From an uncultured Desulfovibrionaceae bacterium (GTDB lineage: Bacteria; Bacillota; Dethiobacteria; DTU022; UBA8154), in the NCBI GenBank assembly GCA_964603615.1, contig CAZRVU010000007.1, forward strand, positions 12,501 to 76,500: a stretch of DNA of 64,000 nucleotides. Direction: 5' to 3'. Position numbers and translations under genes: made by a program. Shown here in pieces: positions 43,274 through 54,027 of the stretch. A model generated the notes under the pieces. That model made no database searches, was not told the DNA's origin, and was given only the letters and a program-made list of their open reading frames with translations. How positions within the stretch are numbered: the first letter of the stretch is position 1; each line of letters begins with the position of its first letter.

Positions 43274-46200
43274 GTGTATCTGAAATCCTTGGAGGTAACA
43301 GGTTTTAAGTCTTTCCCGGAAAGAACGAAGTTGGAGCTTTCCCCGGGCATTACTGCCGTAGTCGGTCCCAACGGGTGCGGGAAAAGTAACCTGCTGGATG
43401 CTGTGCGCTGGGCTTTAGGTGAACAAAGTGTAAAACTGCTACGGGGGGGGCGCATGGAAGATCTAATTTTTAGTGGTTCAGCCGGGCGCAAGGCCCTTAA
43501 TTTTGCAGAAGTTACTTTGACCTTCGACGGGGCGGACCGGTGTTTACCCCTTGAATACCAGGAGGTGGCTGTGACCAGGAGGCTTTATCGTTCCGGGGAA
43601 GGGGAATACTATTTAAATAGATCGCCCTGTCGCCTAAAAGATATTATGACGTTGTTTTTGGATACCGGTATCGGTACAGAAACCTATTCCCTGATCGGAC
43701 AGGGCAAGGTGGAACAACTGATCAATGCCCGGCCAGAAGAACACCGGGAGCTGTTTGCGGAGGCGGCGGGGATTCATAAATACAAGCAAAGAAAAAAAGA
43801 GGCCGGCAAAAGCCTTGAGGAAATGAAAGGGAATTTACTACGGATTGAGGATCTACTTGCCGAGCTGCAAAGCCAGGTCCCCTTTCTGGCGGAGGCGGCT
43901 GCCCGGGCTAAGAAATATCAAGGTTGTAGCAACAGGTTGGAAAATTTGGAGAAAATAATATTTAAATTGCGCCGGGAAGAAAAAGAGCGTCTTCTGAAAA
44001 AAGTAAATGCCGAACGAAAAAAAATAGACGATTCTTACCAAGAAAAACAGCTCCAGCTAGCGGGGCTCGAGCAACAGGTAAAACATAGTGAAGCAAAGGA
44101 AAATAGTCTATTACAAGCGATGGAGGCAAGTGCAGTATTATGCCGGGACATAAAAGAAAACCGTGACCGGCTGCAGGGCAGATTGAGCCTAATACAGGAA
44201 CAAAAAAAGAATATCGAAGAAAAAAGTTTCTTGCTTGCAACCTCCTCCAAGGAAGTGGAAGGACGCCAGGCCGGTTTGGAGGGAACGTTACAAAATAACC
44301 ATAAAGAGCTAAAAAATATCCAGGTAGAACAAGAATCGCTGGGGGGAAAGGCGACAGTTTTAAAAGCTGCTGGCCAGAAGTTACAAGGGGGACAAGAACT
44401 GGCCGAACTGAAGATGCTCAGGGAGCGCCAGGCGGAAGAAAATATGCAGAAAGTTGCCTTGCAGCAATATTTAAAAAACAGCCTCGTGCGCAGCCAGGAA
44501 CTTCAGATCAACCTGGAACGTTTGGCTGTACGGGAAAAAGAAAAAATAGACTCCCTGAAAACCTTACAGGATACTGAAAAGGAGTTGGCTGCGGCTCTGG
44601 AAAAAACCAGAAAGGAAAAGCAAAGCCAGGCCGAAAAATATAAGCTGTTGGAACAAAGTTGTGCGGGACTTCGCCAGCAAAGGGAGGAACGGCAAGGGCA
44701 CTCCCAACAATTGGAAAAGGAGTGGCAGAAAAAAAGTGCCCGCCTAAAATACCTGCAAGAAGGTGAGGAATATTTTAGCCTCTATTCCCGCGGTGTGAGG
44801 GCGATCATGCAAGCTGCCCAAAAAGAAGCGCTGCAAGGAATTCATGGGCCGGCAGCCAATCTACTCAGGGTTCCTTCTTCGTTGGAAAAGGCGATAGAGG
44901 TGGCGCTGGGCGCAAAGCTGCAGTTTATTGTCGTGGCCGATGATTCCTTTGCACGGGAAGCCATCAATTTTTTAAAGGCAAACAAGGCTGGCAAGGCAAC
45001 ATTTTTGCCTTTAAATCTTCTTAAGGCGGGGTACAAAAAGATTCCGGCTTCTCTTTCTTCCGGAGAGATCCTGGGAGCGGCCTCCCGGTTGGTGGAGGCC
45101 GCTCCCCCATTCAAAAAAGTTGTTGATTATTTGCTTGGTTATATTTTGATCGCCAGGGATTTAGAATCTGCTTTGAAACAGGCTCGCCATAATAGGGAAG
45201 GTTGGAGAATTGTCACCTTAGACGGGGAGATGATTACACCCGGGGGGGCTATCTCGGGCGGTTACCAACCGTTAGAACGCAGTGGTTTTCTTGGGCGCAA
45301 AAGGGAATATAACAATTTGCTAGAGGAAGTTGCCACCTTAAAACGACAAATAGAACAGGAAAAAAGTGAGCTGCAGCTCCTTGCAGCAAAAATAGGGGAT
45401 TTATCAGCCAGCCTACAGGAAGTAGAGCGGCGGCAGAGATCTTTGGCGGAAAAAGAAATAAAAAGTCAGGGAGATTATCAAAGGATTGCTACGGAAATAA
45501 AAAGATTGGTCAGTGAAGGCGCAGAGTTAGCGCAGGAAAAAAGGGAGCGTGAGGAACAGCAGCGCCGGTTGAAGGTGGAAGAAAAGGCCAAGGAAAAAGA
45601 GTTGGCGGCTGTAAAGGAATCCCTGGCGGTGACCGCTATCGATCTACAAAAGGCCGGGGGGAAAGTTTTTGCGGCAGAACAAAAGTATAAAAAGGTGGAA
45701 CAAGATCTGGTAGAGGTCAGGATCAGGTTTGCTGCTTTGCAGGAAAAGGAGAGCTCCTTACAAGATATTATTTTCAAACAGGCCCAGGAAAAAAGGCATT
45801 TGCAGGAATTGAAGACCAACATGCAGGAGCAGCAAACTAAAATGCACCAAGAGCTGCAGGAACTAAAAACAGAGGAAAATGATCTTAATACGGCCCGGGA
45901 AGAGGAACAAGATAGAATTGTCCGGACAGAAAAAGAAGCGCAGCAGCAAAAAAATTCTTTGGAATCTTGCCGGCTCCAGGGAGAAGAACTAAAGATAAAA
46001 CTGGAAGATGAACGAAAAATTTTGGAGAGGTATGGGCGGCGCAGGCAAAATTTGAAAATTGAACAAATTAGGTTGGAAGAAGCCCGAAAATACCTGGAAG
46101 AAAGTCTGCGCGAAAAATTTGGGTTTAACGCGGTAACAGACCTGGCATTGCCGGAAGAGATTACGGTGCCGGAAAAGGATTTGACCAAGGAAAAGGAACT

Positions 46201-46828
46201 TTTGGCGGGAGAACTTGCACGCCTGGGAGAGGTGAACCTGGGAGCTATAGAAGAATATGCACGGCTAAAACAACGGCTGACTTTTCTTACTACGCAAAAG
46301 GAAGATCTCCAACAAGGGGAAAAAGAGTTGCAAAAAATCCTCACGAAGTTGGACGGGCATATGGAAAAACAATTTTTACAGGCTTTACAGGGCATTGAGA
46401 GCAATTTTATGGACATATTTACCAAGCTTTTTGGCGGGGGGCAGGCTTTTTTAAAATTGACTGATCCGGCGCATGTGTTGGCGGCGGGTGTAGAGATTAT
46501 TGCCCAGCCTCCGGGTAAAAAACTGCAAAATATTTCCTTGCTTTCCGGTGGCGAAAAGGCGTTGACGGCGATCGCCCTGCTTTTTGCCCTCTTAAAACAT
46601 AAACCTGTTCCTTTCTGCATCCTCGATGAAATAGAGTCTTCCCTGGACGACCATAACCTGGCGAAATTTATCAATTTCCTGAAAAAGTATGCCGGAGATA
46701 CCCAGTTTATTCTCATTACGCATCGCCGCCAGACGATGGAAGAAGTTGATTATCTTTATGGGATTACAATGGAGGAGCAGGGTATCTCCAAGGTTATATC
46801 TTTAAGCCTGATTGAAAAGGTGGGGTGA
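43274..46828 (+). CDS. smc: Chromosome segregation protein SMC
   Basis: N-terminal Walker A (GPNGCGKSN), long coiled coils, a hinge, and the C-terminal signature LSGGEKALTAIALLFAL plus Walker B. GTG at 43274 (VYLKSLEVTGFKSF). Confidence 0.9.
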   Translation: MYLKSLEVTGFKSFPERTKLELSPGITAVVGPNGCGKSNLLDAVRWALGEQSVKLLRGGRMEDLIFSGSAGRKALNFAEVTLTFDGADRCLPLEYQEVAVTRRLYRSGEGEYYLNRSPCRLKDIMTLFLDTGIGTETYSLIGQGKVEQLINARPEEHRELFAEAAGIHKYKQRKKEAGKSLEEMKGNLLRIEDLLAELQSQVPFLAEAAARAKKYQGCSNRLENLEKIIFKLRREEKERLLKKVNAERKKIDDSYQEKQLQLAGLEQQVKHSEAKENSLLQAMEASAVLCRDIKENRDRLQGRLSLIQEQKKNIEEKSFLLATSSKEVEGRQAGLEGTLQNNHKELKNIQVEQESLGGKATVLKAAGQKLQGGQELAELKMLRERQAEENMQKVALQQYLKNSLVRSQELQINLERLAVREKEKIDSLKTLQDTEKELAAALEKTRKEKQSQAEKYKLLEQSCAGLRQQREERQGHSQQLEKEWQKKSARLKYLQEGEEYFSLYSRGVRAIMQAAQKEALQGIHGPAANLLRVPSSLEKAIEVALGAKLQFIVVADDSFAREAINFLKANKAGKATFLPLNLLKAGYKKIPASLSSGEILGAASRLVEAAPPFKKVVDYLLGYILIARDLESALKQARHNREGWRIVTLDGEMITPGGAISGGYQPLERSGFLGRKREYNNLLEEVATLKRQIEQEKSELQLLAAKIGDLSASLQEVERRQRSLAEKEIKSQGDYQRIATEIKRLVSEGAELAQEKREREEQQRRLKVEEKAKEKELAAVKESLAVTAIDLQKAGGKVFAAEQKYKKVEQDLVEVRIRFAALQEKESSLQDIIFKQAQEKRHLQELKTNMQEQQTKMHQELQELKTEENDLNTAREEEQDRIVRTEKEAQQQKNSLESCRLQGEELKIKLEDERKILERYGRRRQNLKIEQIRLEEARKYLEESLREKFGFNAVTDLALPEEITVPEKDLTKEKELLAGELARLGEVNLGAIEEYARLKQRLTFLTTQKEDLQQGEKELQKILTKLDGHMEKQFLQALQGIESNFMDIFTKLFGGGQAFLKLTDPAHVLAAGVEIIAQPPGKKLQNISLLSGGEKALTAIALLFALLKHKPVPFCILDEIESSLDDHNLAKFINFLKKYAGDTQFILITHRRQTMEEVDYLYGITMEEQGISKVISLSLIEKVG

Positions 46829-46837
46829 GAAAGGCCT

Positions 46838-47743
46838 ATGCTAGCACGCTTTAAAAAAGGACTGGGAAAAACCAGGCTTGCTCTAAAAAATAGGTTTGCT
46901 TTTCTCTTTGGTAGCAGCGAGCTTGATCAGGATTTCTTTGATGAACTGGAGGAAGTTTTGCTTTCTGCCGATGTGGGCGTGAGCGCAACATTAAAGATCG
47001 TAGATTCCTTACGGGAACGGTTGCAGGCTGAAAAAGTCAGGGAGCGTTCCGTTGCCCGGGAACTGCTGAAAGAGCTTTTAACGGAAATACTGGAGAGCAA
47101 CGATCAAGCCGCTCTCTCTCTTCTTCCCTCCACGCCAACAGTATATTTAATCCTGGGGGTCAATGGGGTGGGGAAAACAACCACTATCGGCAAAATAGCA
47201 TACCGCTTTACCCGGAAAGGGAAAAAGGTTTTGCTTGCGGCCGGAGATACCTTCCGGGCGGCGGCCATTGAACAATTGGAAGAATGGTCACAGCTTGCCG
47301 GTGCCGATCTGATCAAACATCAAAGTGGCGGGGATCCTTCGGCCGTAATCTTTGATGCTTTGCATGCGGCCCTGGCCCGCAAGGCAGATCTGCTCATCTG
47401 TGATACGGCCGGACGGTTGCATACTAAAGCAAATTTGCTGGAAGAAATAAAAAAGATATTCCGGGTAATGCAGAAAGTGTTACCAGGGGCGCCCCATGAG
47501 ATACTACTGGTGTTGGACGCGACCACCGGGCAAAACGGGCTGTCGCAGGTGCAATATTTTCAGGAAGCCATTCCCCTTTCCGGGTTGGTCCTGACCAAGC
47601 TGGACGGTACGGCCAGGGGGGGGATTGTGATTGCCATTAAAGATCTGACGGGCATCCCCTTAAAACTGGTGGGCGTGGGCGAAAAGAAGGAAGATCTGGA
47701 GATCTTTCAGGCGGCAGAGTTTGTGGAAGCCCTGCTGTCTTGA
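46838..47743 (+). CDS. ftsY: Signal recognition particle receptor FtsY
   Basis: SRP54-type GTPase (GVNGVGKTTT, DTAGR, TKLD). Confidence 0.9.
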   Translation: MLARFKKGLGKTRLALKNRFAFLFGSSELDQDFFDELEEVLLSADVGVSATLKIVDSLRERLQAEKVRERSVARELLKELLTEILESNDQAALSLLPSTPTVYLILGVNGVGKTTTIGKIAYRFTRKGKKVLLAAGDTFRAAAIEQLEEWSQLAGADLIKHQSGGDPSAVIFDALHAALARKADLLICDTAGRLHTKANLLEEIKKIFRVMQKVLPGAPHEILLVLDATTGQNGLSQVQYFQEAIPLSGLVLTKLDGTARGGIVIAIKDLTGIPLKLVGVGEKKEDLEIFQAAEFVEALLS

Positions 47744-47890
47744 AAAGGATCCCCGGTTCCCGCACGGCAAAAGGTATTTACTTTGAAGCCGGAATGGTGT
47801 ATAACTGTTAGAGAAGTGTGCCCGGCAAGGGCAGTTTAAGTCAAAGGAGGTAACCCCGGTTTTTAACGGTTTCTAGCCGGGAAATCTATT

Positions 47891-49234
47891 TTGTTATTTG
47901 GTACGTTAGCTGATAAACTGCAGGAAGTCTTCCGTAAATTAAAAAGCAAGGGTAAACTCGGCGAGAAGGATGTCGATTTGGCCTTAAGAGAGATCCGCCT
48001 GGCTTTACTGGAAGCTGATGTAAATTACAAGGTGGTTAAAAATTTTGTTGCCTCCATCCGGGAAAGGGCTTTGGGGGCAGAAATATTGCAAAGCCTTACC
48101 CCGGGCCAACAAGTGGTTAAAATTGTGCATGAAGATCTGGTCAAGTTGATGGGTGAGAAACAGAGCAAAATTGTTCCTGCCGATTACCCCCCGCAGGTTA
48201 TAATGTTGGTCGGGCTGCAGGGTTCGGGGAAAACGACCACGGCAGCTAAACTAGCGTTACTTCTAAAAAAAAGCGGACATAATCCTTTACTCGTGGCGGC
48301 CGATGTCTACCGGCCTGCGGCGATAAAACAGTTGGAAGTTCTAGGCGCGGGAATAGGGGTTGAAGTTTTTAGCCGGGGGAAGGACGATCCGGTAAGAATT
48401 GGCTTGCTGGCCCTTAAGGAGGCAGAACGGGCAGGGAACGATTACATTATCCTCGATACGGCCGGGAGGCTACATATTGATGCCGAGCTAATGGCGGAAC
48501 TGGGCAACCTGAAGACACGGTTGGACCCCGGGGAAATGTTGCTGGTTGTGGATGCCATGACTGGTCAAGATGCCGTAACTGCGGCCGGTTCTTTTCATGA
48601 AAAGTTGGGGCTGACCGGCGTTGTCCTTACTAAATTGGATGGGGATACAAGGGGTGGGGCGGCTCTTTCCGTAAAGGCTGTAACCGGCTGTCCAATCAAA
48701 TTTGTGGGTGTTGGTGAAAAGATCGAGGCTTTTGAGCCTTTCCACCCGGATAGGATGGCTTCTAGAATACTGGGAATGGGCGATATGCTTTCACTGATTG
48801 AAAAGGCCCAGCATGTAGTGGATCTGGAAAAAAGTCGTGCCTTAGAAAAAAAAATACGGAAGCAGGCCTTGACACTGGAGGATTTTTCGGAACAACTGCA
48901 GCAAATCAAACAAATGGGGCCGTTGGATAATTTGCTGGAGATGATTCCCGGTTTTCGTCAGGCAGGCAAACAATTGAAAGGCCTGGCCCTGGGCGAAAAG
49001 CAGATACTCAAGGTAGAGGCCCTACTCAGTTCGATGACCCCGGAGGAACGCCAGCGGCCAGAGATCATCAACGGCAGTAGAAAGCGCCGCATTTCTGCCG
49101 GAAGCGGGACCTCTGTCCAGGATGTGAACAGGCTGCTCAAACAGTTTGAACAGATGAAAAAATTGCTTAAGCAGGCAAACTTTCTGGAGAAGGGAAAAAC
49201 AAGAAAAAAATCTAAAGGCCTTTTCCCATTTTAA
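47891..49234 (+). CDS. ffh: Signal recognition particle protein Ffh
   Basis: N and G domains (GLQGSGKTTT, DTAGR, TKLDGD) plus an M domain. Confidence 0.9.
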   Translation: MLFGTLADKLQEVFRKLKSKGKLGEKDVDLALREIRLALLEADVNYKVVKNFVASIRERALGAEILQSLTPGQQVVKIVHEDLVKLMGEKQSKIVPADYPPQVIMLVGLQGSGKTTTAAKLALLLKKSGHNPLLVAADVYRPAAIKQLEVLGAGIGVEVFSRGKDDPVRIGLLALKEAERAGNDYIILDTAGRLHIDAELMAELGNLKTRLDPGEMLLVVDAMTGQDAVTAAGSFHEKLGLTGVVLTKLDGDTRGGAALSVKAVTGCPIKFVGVGEKIEAFEPFHPDRMASRILGMGDMLSLIEKAQHVVDLEKSRALEKKIRKQALTLEDFSEQLQQIKQMGPLDNLLEMIPGFRQAGKQLKGLALGEKQILKVEALLSSMTPEERQRPEIINGSRKRRISAGSGTSVQDVNRLLKQFEQMKKLLKQANFLEKGKTRKKSKGLFPF

Positions 49235-49323
49235 CTGCCGCCTGTAAAACCCAAACAGGGTATGGTATGGTTAAGGGTAGAAGTGTAATTAAAAGTAAAA
49301 ATTTGCTTGATGAAAAAAGAGAT

Positions 49324-49362
49324 CCTTCGCTAACGCTCAGGATGACAACGACTGAGCAGTTA
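49324..49362 (+). promoter_or_regulatory. Second copy of the conserved motif/hairpin (TCCTTCGCTAACGCTCAG-GATGACAACGA-CTGAGCAGTTAC), followed by a T-run. May double as the ffh terminator.
   Basis: Stem GCTCAG/CTGAGC with loop GATGACAACGA. Paralogous to 30192-30232 and 19291-19313. Confidence 0.5.
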
Positions 49363-49406
49363 CTTTTTATTTCAGTTAAATTCTTTTACGAGGAGGTGTT
49401 TGTGTA

Positions 49407-49667
49407 GTGTCTGTGCGGATTCGTTTGAAAAGAATGGGGGCGAAAAAGAAACCTTTTTACCGCGTTATCGTCGCCAACTCTGCTGCTCCCCGCAATGGGA
49501 GATTTATTGAAGAGATCGGCTATTATAATCCGAGAACGACCCCGGTAACGCTTAATATCGATCTTGAAAAAGCACAAAAGTGGCTTTCTGTAGGTGCCCA
49601 GCCTTCTGCTACAGTTAAAGGGCTCTTGGCTAAAGCCGGAATTGAGCAATCATCAGGGCAAAGTTAA
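49407..49667 (+). CDS. rpsP: 30S ribosomal protein S16
   Basis: [40 protein letters not shown]. Confidence 0.9.
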   Translation: MSVRIRLKRMGAKKKPFYRVIVANSAAPRNGRFIEEIGYYNPRTTPVTLNIDLEKAQKWLSVGAQPSATVKGLLAKAGIEQSSGQS

Positions 49668-49684
49668 GAGGAGTTGATCAGGTA

Positions 49685-49915
49685 ATGAAAGAACTGGTGG
49701 AATATATTGCTAAAGCTTTAGTGGATTACCCCGAACAGGTGGATGTGACGCAGGTTGAAGGAGAGCGTTCTGTTATTCTCGAGCTAAGAGTTGCTCCGGA
49801 AGATATGGGCAAGGTAATCGGCAAACAGGGACGCATTGCCAAGGCTTTGCGCACAGTGGTCAATGCTGCGGCAATTAAAGAGAACAAGCGTGTTATGGTA
49901 GAGATTATACAGTAA
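49685..49915 (+). CDS. KH-domain RNA-binding protein (YlqC/UPF0109 family)
   Basis: 76 aa. VIGKQGRIAKALRTV KH motif. Conserved position between rpsP and rimM. Confidence 0.85.
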   Translation: MKELVEYIAKALVDYPEQVDVTQVEGERSVILELRVAPEDMGKVIGKQGRIAKALRTVVNAAAIKENKRVMVEIIQ

Positions 49916-49926
49916 AGGGGATCAAA

Positions 49927-50460
49927 GTGGTTGCTGAAATGGCGATCATCGGAAAGATCATAGCTCCTTTCGGTATCAAAGGGGCAGTGAAAGTTTACCC
50001 TTATTCGGATTTTTTGGATCGCTATCGCTTGTTGAAAAAAGTACAGTTGGCGGGCGAAGGGTTTAAGCAATATAAAACAATACAAAAGGCATGGCGGCAT
50101 AAAAATTTATGGATTTTTCACTTTGGGGACTGCTCGACAAGAGATGAGGCCCAAAAGTTGGTGGGTTTGCTAGTGAAAATTCTTGCCGAACAAAGAATGC
50201 CCTTACCCCCGGGGAGTTTTTACTTAGATGAGGTTCTGGGTCTGGAAGCTGTGGAAACAGGGGGTAAAAAGCTTGGTTACGTCCGGGATATTTTGAAAAC
50301 GGGCAGTAATGATGTGTATGTAATTGCCCAAGAAAAGGAACCAAAGCAGGCCGGTTTCCATCAGGAGATACTCGTTCCAGCTTTAAAGGACGTTGTAAAA
50401 GAAGTTAACCCGGAAAAAGGGTACATCTTGCTGGAGTTGCCGGCAGGACTTTTAGAGTAA
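49927..50460 (+). CDS. rimM: 16S rRNA processing protein RimM
   Basis: GKIIAPFGIKGAVKV N-terminus plus a PRC barrel. Conserved rpsP-rimM-trmD-rplS synteny. Confidence 0.85.
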   Translation: MVAEMAIIGKIIAPFGIKGAVKVYPYSDFLDRYRLLKKVQLAGEGFKQYKTIQKAWRHKNLWIFHFGDCSTRDEAQKLVGLLVKILAEQRMPLPPGSFYLDEVLGLEAVETGGKKLGYVRDILKTGSNDVYVIAQEKEPKQAGFHQEILVPALKDVVKEVNPEKGYILLELPAGLLE

Positions 50461-50496
50461 TAGACGGTAGGATGCAGGATAGAATATGCAGATAAG

Positions 50497-51234
50497 GTGT
50501 GCAGGTTGGTGTTAATCGAAATTGTTTCGGTTTTCCCCGGGTTATTTCGGGGCGTTTTTACGGAAAGCATTCTTAAGCGTGCCCAGGCAAGAGGCCTGGT
50601 GAAGATCAGGGTTCATGACCTGCGCGCCTTTAGCGATGACAGGCACCGCAAGGTTGATGATGCTCCCTATGGCGGGGGGCCGGGGATGGTCATGAAACCG
50701 GAGCCGTTCTTCAAGGCAGTAAGATCTATTTGTGAAAAAAGCTCCCCGGGCAGCAGGGTTATTATGCTTTCTCCCCAGGGCAGGCTGCTAACACAGGGAA
50801 AATTAAAGGAGCTGAGCAGGGCCGGGCACTTAATTTTGCTTTGTGGCCGCTATGAGGGTGTGGATGAAAGAGTGCGCCTGTATCTTGCCGACGAGGAGAT
50901 TTCGATTGGCGATTATGTGCTTACCGGTGGAGAGATTCCGGCAATGGTGCTGGTCGATGCTTTAGTTCGCCTTCTTCCCGGGGTTTTAAATGAAACCTCT
51001 CTGCAGGAGGAATCCTTCGCCCGGGGATTACTGGAATATCCGCAATATACCCGACCCCAAAATTTTGAAGGAATGAACGTTCCTGAAATTCTTTTATCCG
51101 GGAATCATGAAAATATTAAGCAGTGGCGTCACAGGGAGGCGCTAAAGCGCACCTTAAAGCTCCGTCCGGACCTGCTGCAAAAGAAGGAAGAAACAAAGGG
51201 CACGAAAGAGGTGACGAACGATGGATTTAATTAA
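50497..51234 (+). CDS. trmD: tRNA (guanine37-N1)-methyltransferase
   Basis: SPOUT knot motifs ([24 protein letters not shown]). Confidence 0.9.
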   Translation: MCRLVLIEIVSVFPGLFRGVFTESILKRAQARGLVKIRVHDLRAFSDDRHRKVDDAPYGGGPGMVMKPEPFFKAVRSICEKSSPGSRVIMLSPQGRLLTQGKLKELSRAGHLILLCGRYEGVDERVRLYLADEEISIGDYVLTGGEIPAMVLVDALVRLLPGVLNETSLQEESFARGLLEYPQYTRPQNFEGMNVPEILLSGNHENIKQWRHREALKRTLKLRPDLLQKKEETKGTKEVTNDGFN

Positions 51235-51565
51235 TCAGGTGGAAAAAGATTATCTTAAAGAACAGGTTCCCAGTTTTTCCCCGGGCGATACGGTGCGGGT
51301 GCACCTCAAGGTTACCGAGGGCAGCAGGGAGAGAATTCAGGTTTTTGAAGGTGTGGTCATCAAGCGCCGGGGCTCCGGTTTAGGGGAAAGCTTTACCGTA
51401 AGGCGCATCTCTTACGGAGTGGGGGTAGAAAGGGTTTTCCCCCTGCATTCTCCAAAGGTTGAAAGAGTCGAAGTTATGCGCAGGGGCCGTGTCCGGCGTG
51501 CTAAAATTTATTACGTAAGGGGTTTGCGGGGCAAAGCAGCCCGTATCAAGGAGTTGAGAAGATAA
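51221..51565 (+). CDS. rplS: 50S ribosomal protein L19
   Basis: [29 protein letters not shown]. Confidence 0.9.
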   Translation: MDLINQVEKDYLKEQVPSFSPGDTVRVHLKVTEGSRERIQVFEGVVIKRRGSGLGESFTVRRISYGVGVERVFPLHSPKVERVEVMRRGRVRRAKIYYVRGLRGKAARIKELRR

Positions 51566-51705
51566 GCACGGTGGGTGGTTGAAAGCAGGGGGATTATTCT
51601 GACCGGATCCGGCCTGCTTTAAACATTCTGGGCAGCAGGTCGCAATAGTGGATGGCGGCTGGAGGCCACTCTTTTCTGGAAAAGGCAAAAAGGAGTGCTG
51701 ATGAT

Positions 51706-52284
51706 ATGGAGCAGGGGCATCTACCCGAAGACAAAAAGGAAGAGAAAGAAAAAGAGAAAGAAAAAGAAATAGCGGAGTCTATTCGTAAGGAAATAAAAGA
51801 GTGGGTAAAATCCATTTTACTGGCTGTTGTTCTGGCCATGATTATCAGGGCTTTTTTCTTCCAGGTCACCATTGTGGAAGGGACCTCCATGACTCCCACC
51901 CTACAAAACTATGAGCGTTTGATCATCAATAAAATAGTGTATAATTTTAAAAAACCGCAAAACGGGGATATCGTCGTTTTCAATTTTTCTTCTCACCGGG
52001 ATTTTATTAAAAGAATTGTTGCCCTGGAAGGGGATACCGTAGAGATTAAAAATGGCCGGCTCTGCATCAATGGCCAGGTCTGGGAGGAACCCTACCTGGA
52101 GGGAGAATTTATGCCGGACTTTGGGCCGGCTGTTGTGCCCCTGGATCATGCCTTTGTGCTGGGGGATAATCGCCGGGATAGTATGGATAGCAGGGACCCC
52201 GCTGTGGGTTATGTTTCCCTGGAACGGATTAGAGGAAAAGCAGCGCTAGTGTTTTGGCCGTTAGTTAATTTCCGCTTACTCTAG
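51706..52284 (+). CDS. lepB: Signal peptidase I, with a Lys/Glu-rich (EDKKEEKEKEKEKE) cytoplasmic N-terminal tail
   Basis: Catalytic SM (GTSMTPTL) and K (RDSMDSRD) boxes. ATG at 51706 preceded by AAAGGAG. Confidence 0.85.
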   Translation: MEQGHLPEDKKEEKEKEKEKEIAESIRKEIKEWVKSILLAVVLAMIIRAFFFQVTIVEGTSMTPTLQNYERLIINKIVYNFKKPQNGDIVVFNFSSHRDFIKRIVALEGDTVEIKNGRLCINGQVWEEPYLEGEFMPDFGPAVVPLDHAFVLGDNRRDSMDSRDPAVGYVSLERIRGKAALVFWPLVNFRLL

Positions 52285-52394
52285 TATCTGCCGGGGAACA
52301 AAAGGTAGAATGTTGGGCCTATGCTGAAGCGCATTGGAAATTGAAAGCAGGAAGATCAAGGAATGTAGGGGTTGAGAGGTGTGAGGACTGGGTT

Positions 52395-53240
52395 ATGACC
52401 AGAGAAGAAAAACGGTTAAAAGAATACCTGCGCTTCGTCGATGTAGTTGTAGAAGTTCTCGATGCCCGTCTCCCCTTTAAGAGCAGAAATTATAGATTAC
52501 ATAAAATGCTGGGTAAAAAAGATAAAGTGGTGCTATTAAATAAAGCGGATTTAGCTGATGAAAAAATTACGGGCCGCTGGCTAAAATATTTGGCCGGAGA
52601 AAAGCGGCCCGTTTTAGCTTTTAATGCCAAGAAATCGGTTACGCTCCTAAAACTGGAAAAATTATTGCTGGCCAGGCGACCCCGAAACCTGAAATACAGG
52701 CGCCCCCTGCGCTTGATGATCATTGGCATCCCCAATGTAGGCAAATCCACGCTGATTAACCGTCTGGCCCGCCGTTTTGCTGCCAAGACGGGGGGGAGGG
52801 CGGGTATTACCCGCGGGCCTCAGTGGATTAAAATGCGGGGCGGATGGGAGATGTTGGATACCCCCGGTTTATTGCCTGCGCACTGGCGTGATGATGCCGG
52901 GGCATTTGCTTTGGCGGCGATTGGCGCTCTCGATTTTCAAGTCGTCGATGTGCAAAGTACGGCCAAATGGCTGCTCGAACATTTTGCCCTGCAGGAGAAA
53001 ACTTTCCGCGCTCTGACACGTTTTTATTCTTTAAACGAAACAGAAAAAAGGGCCGGGAGAGAACAAAACCCGGTAGCTTTACTTTCGGCCATCGGGTTGG
53101 CGCGAGGGTGCCTTGTGCAAGGGGGACAGGTGGATCAGGAAAAAGCAGCCTGGTTGGTGTTACGAGATTTTAGGAAGGGGGTGCTCGGGCGAATAAGTTT
53201 GGAGAAACCCGAGGATTATGAAAACTTTTCCCCCCAGTAA
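52395..53240 (+). CDS. rbgA: Ribosome biogenesis GTPase A (RbgA/YlqF)
   Basis: Circularly permuted GTPase: NKADL (G4) precedes GIPNVGKST (G1) and DTPGL (G3). Conserved position before rnhB. Confidence 0.85.
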   Translation: MTREEKRLKEYLRFVDVVVEVLDARLPFKSRNYRLHKMLGKKDKVVLLNKADLADEKITGRWLKYLAGEKRPVLAFNAKKSVTLLKLEKLLLARRPRNLKYRRPLRLMIIGIPNVGKSTLINRLARRFAAKTGGRAGITRGPQWIKMRGGWEMLDTPGLLPAHWRDDAGAFALAAIGALDFQVVDVQSTAKWLLEHFALQEKTFRALTRFYSLNETEKRAGREQNPVALLSAIGLARGCLVQGGQVDQEKAAWLVLRDFRKGVLGRISLEKPEDYENFSPQ

Positions 53241-54012
53241 GGTCGATTTTTCCACCTGGACGATAGCTGCCATCAGGGATTACCTGGGCTCGGTGGGGAA
53301 GTTGACGCTGCAAGAGAATTGGGCACTGCGCAATGATCACCGGGAGGGCGTCCGCAAGCTGGCTTATTCTTTTCTGCGGCGGCAGGAAAAGGAAAAACGT
53401 CAAAGGATACATTTTCAGAAGATGTTCTCCAAAGAGAAGTTGCTTCATCAAAAAGGGTATACCCGGGTGGCGGGCGTGGACGAGGCAGGCAGGGGCCCCC
53501 TGGCCGGACCTGTTGTGGCGGCGGCAGTGATCCTCGATACACCTCGTGCTTCTTGTTGGCAAGAAATCAACGATTCTAAACAACTATCCCCCCCCAAAAG
53601 AGAACAACTTTATCAGGTAATTGTTGACCGGGCCCGTGCATTGGCTATCGGCGTGGTGAGTGCCGCCTTAATTGACCGGTTGAATATCCACCGGGCTTCT
53701 TTGGAAGCAATGCGTTTAGCTGTACAGCAACTTTGTCCCGAACCCCATTTTGTCCTTGGCGACGGTTTCTTAATCCCCGGATTGGATTACCTGCAAGAAG
53801 CCGTGCGGGGCGGAGATGCACAATGCCTTTCCATTGCTGCTGCCTCCATTGTCGCCAAAGTGACCAGGGACAGGCTCATGCGGTCTTATGAACGGGATTA
53901 TCCGGGTTATGGTTTTGCACAAAACAAAGGCTACCCCACCATAGAGCATAAAAATGCTTTGCAAGCGCTGGGGCTTTCCCCCATTCACCGCCGGACTTTC
54001 AAATGTTTGTAA
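53218..54012 (+). CDS. rnhB: Ribonuclease HII
   Basis: AGVDEAGRGPLAGPVVAAAV catalytic motif. Gram-positive-type N-terminal extension. Confidence 0.9.
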   Translation: MKTFPPSKVDFSTWTIAAIRDYLGSVGKLTLQENWALRNDHREGVRKLAYSFLRRQEKEKRQRIHFQKMFSKEKLLHQKGYTRVAGVDEAGRGPLAGPVVAAAVILDTPRASCWQEINDSKQLSPPKREQLYQVIVDRARALAIGVVSAALIDRLNIHRASLEAMRLAVQQLCPEPHFVLGDGFLIPGLDYLQEAVRGGDAQCLSIAAASIVAKVTRDRLMRSYERDYPGYGFAQNKGYPTIEHKNALQALGLSPIHRRTFKCL

Positions 54013-54027
54013 AAAGGAGTAGATCTT

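Noticed and set aside
43033-43491. 152-aa minus-strand ORF
   Set aside because: It overlaps the smc start and the spoVS terminator region. No homology pattern; antisense artefact.
45478-46716. 412-aa ORF on the minus strand
   Set aside because: It lies entirely antisense to smc. Its Ser/Cys/Phe-rich low-complexity composition is the mirror of the Glu/Lys/Gln-rich coiled-coil codons, so it is a spurious shadow ORF.
47744-47890. Expected a ylxM (UPF0122) small gene between ftsY and ffh
   Set aside because: No ORF of suitable size or sequence is present. The interval is non-coding (leader/promoter of ffh).
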